DNA of 64,000 bases from Sulfurimonadaceae bacterium (GTDB lineage: Bacteria > Campylobacterota > Campylobacteria > Campylobacterales > Sulfurimonadaceae): the NCBI GenBank assembly GCA_041562555.1, contig JBFEXS010000001.1, forward strand, positions 1 to 64,000, in the 5' to 3' direction. The notes below the pieces were generated by a model, which saw only the letters and a program-made list of their open reading frames with translations, made no database searches and was not told the origin of the DNA. A program made the position numbers and the translations under genes. Of the stretch, positions 58,108-64,000 are shown piece by piece. Every line of letters starts with the position of its first letter. Within the stretch, counting starts at the first letter, position 1.

Positions 58108-59094
58108 TTGAAAATATATCGGGTTGTCATACTTCTTCTGCTTGTTTTTCCTGCTGTACATGTAATGGCAAAGGAAGAAGAGGCTTTTGAATCATTCTAT
58201 GAAGGATGGCAAGCACAAAGCAATCAGCAATATTCAAAAGCAATGGATTTATATAAAAGTGCTGCGAGCCAAGGCTGTTCTGTTGCAAACTATCATATCG
58301 GTAAGTTGTATGAAGAGGGCTTAGGGGTCAAAAAGGACTCTGAAAAAGCATTTGACTGGTATCAGAAGGTTGCTGATAAGGGATATGCCAAGGCGCAGAT
58401 GCTGTTGGCCAAGATGTATGCTTCGGGTGTCGGTGTCAAACAAGATTATCATAAGGCCCATAGCTGGTATCTCAAGGCAGCTGAACAAAATGAGCGTGAC
58501 GCACAGATGGCATTGGCCAGGATGTATGAAAAAGCCCTGGGGGTAAAACAGAACCTGTTTAAAGCTGCTTACTACTATAAACAGGCGATGAAACAGGGGT
58601 CATTGGAAGCACAGACAGACTTGTCATTGTTGTATATCAATGAAGAACAAATGAGACGTTTTTATGAGGATGGTAAGCTTTTATTGCAGGAATCGGCACG
58701 CAAGGGTGAGGAGAAAGCACAATATTACCTCGCCCAATGCTACCTTCATGGTAGGGATTTTGACAAAAGTACCGCAGATGCTGTTCGCTGGCTTGAAAAA
58801 GCAGCTGAACAGGGAAAGGTAGAAGCTCAGTATGAGTTGGGGGGCATGTATTTGCATGCTGTCGGTGTAGAGGAGAACCTTGGCAAGGCTTTGGGGTATC
58901 TTAACAAGGCGGCTTCAGCAGGATATGCCAGTGCACAGTATGATCTTGGTCTGATGTATTATGAGGGAATCGGCGTTATACAGGATAAGACAAAGACGTT
59001 TGAATATTGGTCGAGTGCAAGCCTGTTGGGGGATAAGGATGCAGCACACAATTTAAAAATCCTATGTGCAGACAACCCAAAGTATTGCAAATAA
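58108..59094 (+). CDS. Exported Sel1-like repeat protein
   Basis: Signal peptide; about 7 repeats of AQxxLGxxYxxGxGVxxDxxKAxxWYxKAA. Confidence 0.92.
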   Translation: MKIYRVVILLLLVFPAVHVMAKEEEAFESFYEGWQAQSNQQYSKAMDLYKSAASQGCSVANYHIGKLYEEGLGVKKDSEKAFDWYQKVADKGYAKAQMLLAKMYASGVGVKQDYHKAHSWYLKAAEQNERDAQMALARMYEKALGVKQNLFKAAYYYKQAMKQGSLEAQTDLSLLYINEEQMRRFYEDGKLLLQESARKGEEKAQYYLAQCYLHGRDFDKSTADAVRWLEKAAEQGKVEAQYELGGMYLHAVGVEENLGKALGYLNKAASAGYASAQYDLGLMYYEGIGVIQDKTKTFEYWSSASLLGDKDAAHNLKILCADNPKYCK

Positions 59095-59163
59095 TTTTTT
59101 ATCATCAAATTTAACCATCATCTAAAGTCTAAACCGATACTATCAAAATAAAAAAGACGACAG

Positions 59164-60858
59164 ATGAAAAAGACCTTCCTTCTATTGATTCCATTGATTT
59201 TTATTGCATGTAAAGATGCGCCTCAGCCAACACCAAACCTAGAAAGTGAGTTCAAGCCTTATGCGAAGGTTGAGAGTTCGTGTATCCGTTTTTTGAATGA
59301 TGAGACGCAGACGGTAGAGGGTGATCCTTTGTTCGAAAAAGAGCAGCAGGAGTGTCGTGAATTTATTGAAGTCCTGAACAGTGCTGACCGTGCGACGAAA
59401 CATATGAATAAAAATAAGAACAATGCTGCTTTTTATGTTGCAAAGGATGATTGCAAGTTTGAAAAAAACCGTTTGAAGATCAAGCATAAACATTTGAACC
59501 TGGTATTTAAAGACAAAGCTTTGGATGCAATAGAAGCGGATGACCTAGAAACATTCACTAAGATCATCAATTTCTCCTATCATCCGATGAACCTCGCATA
59601 CTACCGATACATGCAAAAACATATTGACCGGTTCAAAGAGCATGCAAAGATGCTTCATTTTGAAAAGAAGTTCTCTGACCAGCAGTATCGTTTAGGGTAT
59701 AAACTGGTGAACAAGGGCAAGTATACCCAGGGGCTGAATGCTTTGAAACTGGCTGCAGACATGAAACATACCAAGGCTGCGATGCTGTGCGGAAAGACCT
59801 ATGATTTTCTCTACCCGTCAAAGGCAATTGAATGTTATGAAAAAGCAATTGAGAACGGAGAGAATAGGGCCTTGTATTACATTGCCAAGGGATATGAAGA
59901 GAACGATGAGCTGAATGAGGCGAAGGCGTGGTATCTTAAATCAGCGAAATCGGGTAATTTTATTGCGCAGTACAAAGTGTATGAACTTGAGAAGAATGAT
60001 GATCCTACACAAGTGTGGCTTAAGAAATCGGCTGAAAGCGGTTATGACAAGGCACAATATGTATATGGCAGCTATCTGATGGAGAATGGACAGGCAGATA
60101 AAGCTATAAAGTATCTCTTGCTTGCCTCCGATCAAGGGTTTGATGACGCCAATTTCCCCCTTGGAAAACTATATTTCTTGAAGAAGAAATATAAAAAGGC
60201 ATACCATTATCTCAGCCGTGGCGATATCAACCTTGAAAGTGCTTACATCCTTGGGAAGCTTAGTGAAGAAGGTAAGGGTACGGCAAAAAACCTGTATATG
60301 GCCTCAAACTATTATCAAAAAGCAAAAGAGTTTGGCAAGAGAGGTGTTCAAAATGATCTTAACCGTGTATACAGGGCTAAGAAAAAATTACGTTCACAGA
60401 ACATTCGTCAACAGCAGTCCAAGGCAAAAGCGAAGGAGGCTTTGCTTCTTGCGGATCGACAGAAACGTCATGAGGCTATGAAAGAAGACCGGCGTATTCG
60501 TGCTGAAATGAAAGCCCGAAGACAGCAAGGGATACGTCTGAAAGCTCAGGCCTGTGGCGAAGAGGTGAGTGATGCGGCTTTGAGAAGCGCAGGAAGCCGG
60601 ATACATATTGAAGGAAGAGTCATTCATTGGTTGGGAAGAAAAGCTTTTATCGTTGTGAGTAATACGCAGGAGTTTTATATCAATGATGAAGAGGATGAGG
60701 CAAGGGTGAACAAAGGGGATACTGTCAATATTGTAGCCGTATCGACTGGACAAAGAGAGATCACACAGGGAATGCGTCAGAATCTTTTTGAGATGCCGGA
60801 TGAACGTACGATTAAAAAGGCCTATGCCTTGAATTACGAGGGTGTGTGCCCTTATTAG
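59164..60858 (+). CDS. Sel1/TPR-repeat lipoprotein with coiled coil and a C-terminal beta domain
   Basis: Lipobox FIA-C; WYLKSAKSG, WLKKSAESG and YLLLASDQG repeats. Confidence 0.8.
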   Translation: MKKTFLLLIPLIFIACKDAPQPTPNLESEFKPYAKVESSCIRFLNDETQTVEGDPLFEKEQQECREFIEVLNSADRATKHMNKNKNNAAFYVAKDDCKFEKNRLKIKHKHLNLVFKDKALDAIEADDLETFTKIINFSYHPMNLAYYRYMQKHIDRFKEHAKMLHFEKKFSDQQYRLGYKLVNKGKYTQGLNALKLAADMKHTKAAMLCGKTYDFLYPSKAIECYEKAIENGENRALYYIAKGYEENDELNEAKAWYLKSAKSGNFIAQYKVYELEKNDDPTQVWLKKSAESGYDKAQYVYGSYLMENGQADKAIKYLLLASDQGFDDANFPLGKLYFLKKKYKKAYHYLSRGDINLESAYILGKLSEEGKGTAKNLYMASNYYQKAKEFGKRGVQNDLNRVYRAKKKLRSQNIRQQQSKAKAKEALLLADRQKRHEAMKEDRRIRAEMKARRQQGIRLKAQACGEEVSDAALRSAGSRIHIEGRVIHWLGRKAFIVVSNTQEFYINDEEDEARVNKGDTVNIVAVSTGQREITQGMRQNLFEMPDERTIKKAYALNYEGVCPY

Positions 60859-61445
60859 ATCCTCTGTGTAAGTTTCAGGGCTTTTTCGTATTCCTGAGGC
60901 GTGTTCAGGTTTAAGAGCGCCTCTTCATCTGCGATATCCACATACAAGACCTTTGCATCTTTAAGCAGGTTAGTGAGTTTGTGGTTTCCCTGTTCAATCC
61001 TTTGTACGATCGCCGCTTCAAGTCTACGCGTATAAACCCCGCATAGGGGATGGATACCTGAAGGTGTACGCACGATGAAGGCATCATGTTCTTCATCAAA
61101 TGCATCCATGACGCTTTGAATGATGGTCTGGTTGACAAAGGGTGTGTCAACGCTTAAAACAAAGACAGCATCTTGCTGAAGTTGTGAAAAGATATTCAAA
61201 AAACCTGTAGTAGGGGCTGAAATTTCCGTATAAAGTTCGTCCTTGATAATAGGAAGATCTAAGGGTTTGAACTTATGATCATCCTTTGCGGATATATAGA
61301 CATCTTTGAAGAGAGTTTGTAAACGAGCCGTTTGATACTCAGCCAGGCTCTTCTTGTCTCCAAAAGGCAGGAGGGCTTTGTCCTGTCCCATTCGCGAGCT
61401 TTTCCCACCTGCAAAAAGTACGCAAGGGATATTGAAAAGTGCCAT
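60855..61445 (-). CDS. mobA: Molybdenum cofactor guanylyltransferase
   Basis: LFAGGKSSRMGQDKA, SVDTPF, HPLCGVY, NLNTPQE. Confidence 0.93.
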   Translation of the reverse strand: MALFNIPCVLFAGGKSSRMGQDKALLPFGDKKSLAEYQTARLQTLFKDVYISAKDDHKFKPLDLPIIKDELYTEISAPTTGFLNIFSQLQQDAVFVLSVDTPFVNQTIIQSVMDAFDEEHDAFIVRTPSGIHPLCGVYTRRLEAAIVQRIEQGNHKLTNLLKDAKVLYVDIADEEALLNLNTPQEYEKALKLTQRI

Positions 61446-61560
61446 ATCTTCCCTTTTTTCAGTAGAGAAATCCATTGAATGATGGATACTCCTGCTTCTT
61501 TTAGTAGAAGTATATCTAAGTCTGCTATAATTGACCAGATATAGTGTTAAAGGGTAAAAA

Positions 61561-62103
61561 ATGATAAAAAAACTGCTGTTGATCGCATTAGTCTTCACTT
61601 CTACTCTCCTCGAGGCAAGAATCAATGACATTTTTAAAGAAGAAAAGGCTGAGAACTTACGTTACAACCAAACGATACGTGCTTTCATGGAAGACAACGA
61701 GGAGATTACAAATCTCGTCTATAATGCATATGCCTATGTTGTTTTTCCAAGTATAGGTAAGGGTGGACTTCTTTTTGGTTATGCCTATGGGGAAGGGCGT
61801 GCCTATTATCGCGGTGGAATGTGGACGGGAAATGTCGCAGTGACACAATATACCGTAGGTTTACAGGTAGGTGGACAAGCCTATAGTGAAATCATCTTTT
61901 TCAAGACCCGTGATGCTTTTGAAGCGTTCAAAGCGGGCGGACTTGAAGATAGTACGCAAAGCTCTTTTGTCCCTTTCTATTCCGGAATATCCGGTGATGT
62001 AAACTTCGCAGACGATGTTATCGTATATACCTCAAGTACCGGTGGCTTTATGATCGAAGCAAGTACAGGCGCACAAGAGTTCGAATACATCAACAGAAGA
62101 TAA
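61561..62103 (+). CDS. Exported Ysc84/SYLF lipid-binding domain protein
   Basis: AYVVFPSIGKGG...GEG, VGLQVGGQAYSEIIFF, GFMIEAS. Confidence 0.8.
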   Translation: MIKKLLLIALVFTSTLLEARINDIFKEEKAENLRYNQTIRAFMEDNEEITNLVYNAYAYVVFPSIGKGGLLFGYAYGEGRAYYRGGMWTGNVAVTQYTVGLQVGGQAYSEIIFFKTRDAFEAFKAGGLEDSTQSSFVPFYSGISGDVNFADDVIVYTSSTGGFMIEASTGAQEFEYINRR

Positions 62104-62178
62104 ACGACTGCTCCATTTCAATATATATGAATTGTTGCATGCTATAATACTAAAAAATATGAACGGAAAACAGGACTA

Positions 62179-63969
62179 TTGATACAAAAGTATGAGACAC
62201 TCAAAACTGTTTTCGGACATGAATCTTTTCGTTCTTTTCAAGAAGAAGCCGTAGACAGTATTCTTCACCAAAAAGACCTTTTGATGATTCTGCCTACCGG
62301 AGGCGGGAAATCCTTATGCTATCAGCTGCCTTCTATCATGATGCCAGGGGTCACGGTTGTTGTTTCTCCTTTATTGGCATTGATGCATGATCAGGTTATG
62401 GCATTAAAGGAGAATGGGATCAAAGCGGAGATGATCTCATCCATGCAAAGTATGGAAGAGTTGGACCTGATACGGTATTCGCTTTTACAGGGTGAATTAA
62501 AACTTCTCTATGTCGCCCCTGAACGGTTTGCCTCTTTACACTTCTTACGTCTTCTTAAACAGGTGTCGATCAATTTTTTTGTTATTGATGAAGCCCACTG
62601 TGTGAGCGAATGGGGTCATGAGTTTAGAGAAGACTATCGAAAACTGCATCTTTTGCGTGAGCATTTTCCCAGGGTTAAGATCGCAGCTTTTACAGCAACA
62701 GCAACGCCTAAGGTACAAGCTGACATATCCATGGCATTAAGGCTAGAATCACCGGTGCAGATCAGAGGAAAGATCTTTAGAGAAAATCTGCATATCAGTG
62801 TTGAACCACGACATAAAGACGGGAAGACTCAACTCTTGGACTTTTTATCGAACTTTGATGAAGAGAGCGGGATCATATATGCTTTTTCACGTAAACAGAC
62901 CGAGTCTTTAGCACAATACCTTCAGCAAAAAGGCATCAAAGCAAAGGCTTTTCACGCAGGTTTGTCAAACGAGTTGAAGGAAGAGACCTTTAAAAGCTTT
63001 GTACATGATGAAATACAGGTCGTTGTAGCGACCATTGCATTTGGAATGGGCATCGATAAAAGCAATATTCGTTTTGTCGTACATATGAGTCTACCCAAAA
63101 CACTGGAAAATTACTATCAGGAAATAGGGCGTGCTGGACGTGATGGGTTGGATGCAGAGGTCCTACTTCTATACAATGGTTCGGATATGATGATGCAGCG
63201 TGAGTTTATCGAACAACTTGAAGAGTCTGCGTATAAGCAGAATGCATTTAATAAACTGGAGCAGATCAGCCGGTATGCAAGTGCCGAAAATTGTCGTCAT
63301 CAATATATTGCGAACTATTTTGAAGATGAGTTGGATATATGCGAACACAGGTGTGACAACTGTACGGCCGAACCTAGTGAAAAGCTTGATATCAGCATAC
63401 CCGCACAGAAATTTTTGTCCTGCGTCTATCGTACGGGACAACGTTTCGGACACGCTTACGTGATTGATGTGCTTCGGGGAAGTAGATCGGAGAAGGTCTT
63501 GGACAATGGACATGAATCACTCTCTGTATACGGCATCGGCAAGGAAGAATCAAAGGTGTATTGGGAACGTATTATGGAGCGTTTAATGGAAGTGGGTGCA
63601 CTCAGACGCGGAGAGTTTAGGGCCTTGGTACTTGACAAAACAGGCATGCGGATATTAAAAAACGAGTTGTCCATTGAGATGAAGGCCAAACGGCTGCATG
63701 TGAAAGAGAAAAAGATACATGCCCTTCATATACACGACACAGATTTAAATACCTACGCCTTTGATCATTTACGGGCATTGCGTGCACAGATCGCTAAAGA
63801 AGCGAGAAAACCGGCGTATATCATTTTCGGGGATAAGACACTTAAGGAGATGGCAAACACACTTCCTGTCAATAAAGAAGAGATGTTGAACATAAATGGC
63901 GTCGGAGAAACAAAATTTAAAAAATACGGTGAACAGTTTTTGGTCGAATGTCAACGTCTTAGAACTTGA
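62179..63969 (+). CDS. recQ: ATP-dependent DNA helicase RecQ
   Basis: PTGGGKSLCYQ, DEAHCVSEWGHEFR, QEIGRAGRDG, RQC cysteines, HRDC domain. Confidence 0.97.
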   Translation: MIQKYETLKTVFGHESFRSFQEEAVDSILHQKDLLMILPTGGGKSLCYQLPSIMMPGVTVVVSPLLALMHDQVMALKENGIKAEMISSMQSMEELDLIRYSLLQGELKLLYVAPERFASLHFLRLLKQVSINFFVIDEAHCVSEWGHEFREDYRKLHLLREHFPRVKIAAFTATATPKVQADISMALRLESPVQIRGKIFRENLHISVEPRHKDGKTQLLDFLSNFDEESGIIYAFSRKQTESLAQYLQQKGIKAKAFHAGLSNELKEETFKSFVHDEIQVVVATIAFGMGIDKSNIRFVVHMSLPKTLENYYQEIGRAGRDGLDAEVLLLYNGSDMMMQREFIEQLEESAYKQNAFNKLEQISRYASAENCRHQYIANYFEDELDICEHRCDNCTAEPSEKLDISIPAQKFLSCVYRTGQRFGHAYVIDVLRGSRSEKVLDNGHESLSVYGIGKEESKVYWERIMERLMEVGALRRGEFRALVLDKTGMRILKNELSIEMKAKRLHVKEKKIHALHIHDTDLNTYAFDHLRALRAQIAKEARKPAYIIFGDKTLKEMANTLPVNKEEMLNINGVGETKFKKYGEQFLVECQRLRT

Positions 63970-64000
63970 CCGCTGGTGTCAAAGAGAGTATGATACTATA

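Noticed and set aside
1..64000. Mobile elements, CRISPR arrays, rRNA and tRNA genes
   Set aside because: No integrase or transposase ORF, no regularly spaced repeats, and no tRNA- or rRNA-like sequence seen. All intergenic gaps are short.

Overview
A 64-kb stretch of core chromosome from a Campylobacterota (Epsilonproteobacteria) bacterium, most likely a free-living Sulfurimonas/Sulfurovum-type organism. That assignment is inferred from gene content, gene order and the AT-rich TATAAT promoters. The window is densely coded with about 71 genes, mostly on the + strand. It holds the conserved housekeeping blocks nadE-lpxK-thrC, murJ-cysS-pyrD-M16 peptidase-dapA-enoyl-ACP reductase-pgsA-rseP-yggS and fapA-ruvA-ddl-murF, plus cmoB, argB, ppk2, dsbD, ribB, glyS, hemH, pldA, mobA and recQ. 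I saw no rRNA, tRNA, CRISPR array, integrase or transposase. The observations most worth following up are: (1) a two-gene insertion between cutA and thrC (discoidin-like lipoprotein plus a large polytopic membrane protein); (2) an uncalled 33-aa lipoprotein translationally coupled to ppk2; (3) a 71-nt G-free intergenic tract that looks like an sRNA (GGA-rich on the - strand, C/U-rich on the + strand); (4) a triple Fur-box array in front of an outer-membrane porin; (5) a 60-aa ORF sitting where msbA is expected; (6) a coiled-coil/exonuclease/orphan trio; (7) an envelope cluster of pldA, a lipoprotein, a zinc-ribbon protein and Sel1 proteins; (8) several apparent pseudo-enzymes. All product calls come from motif recognition by eye; no database search was run.
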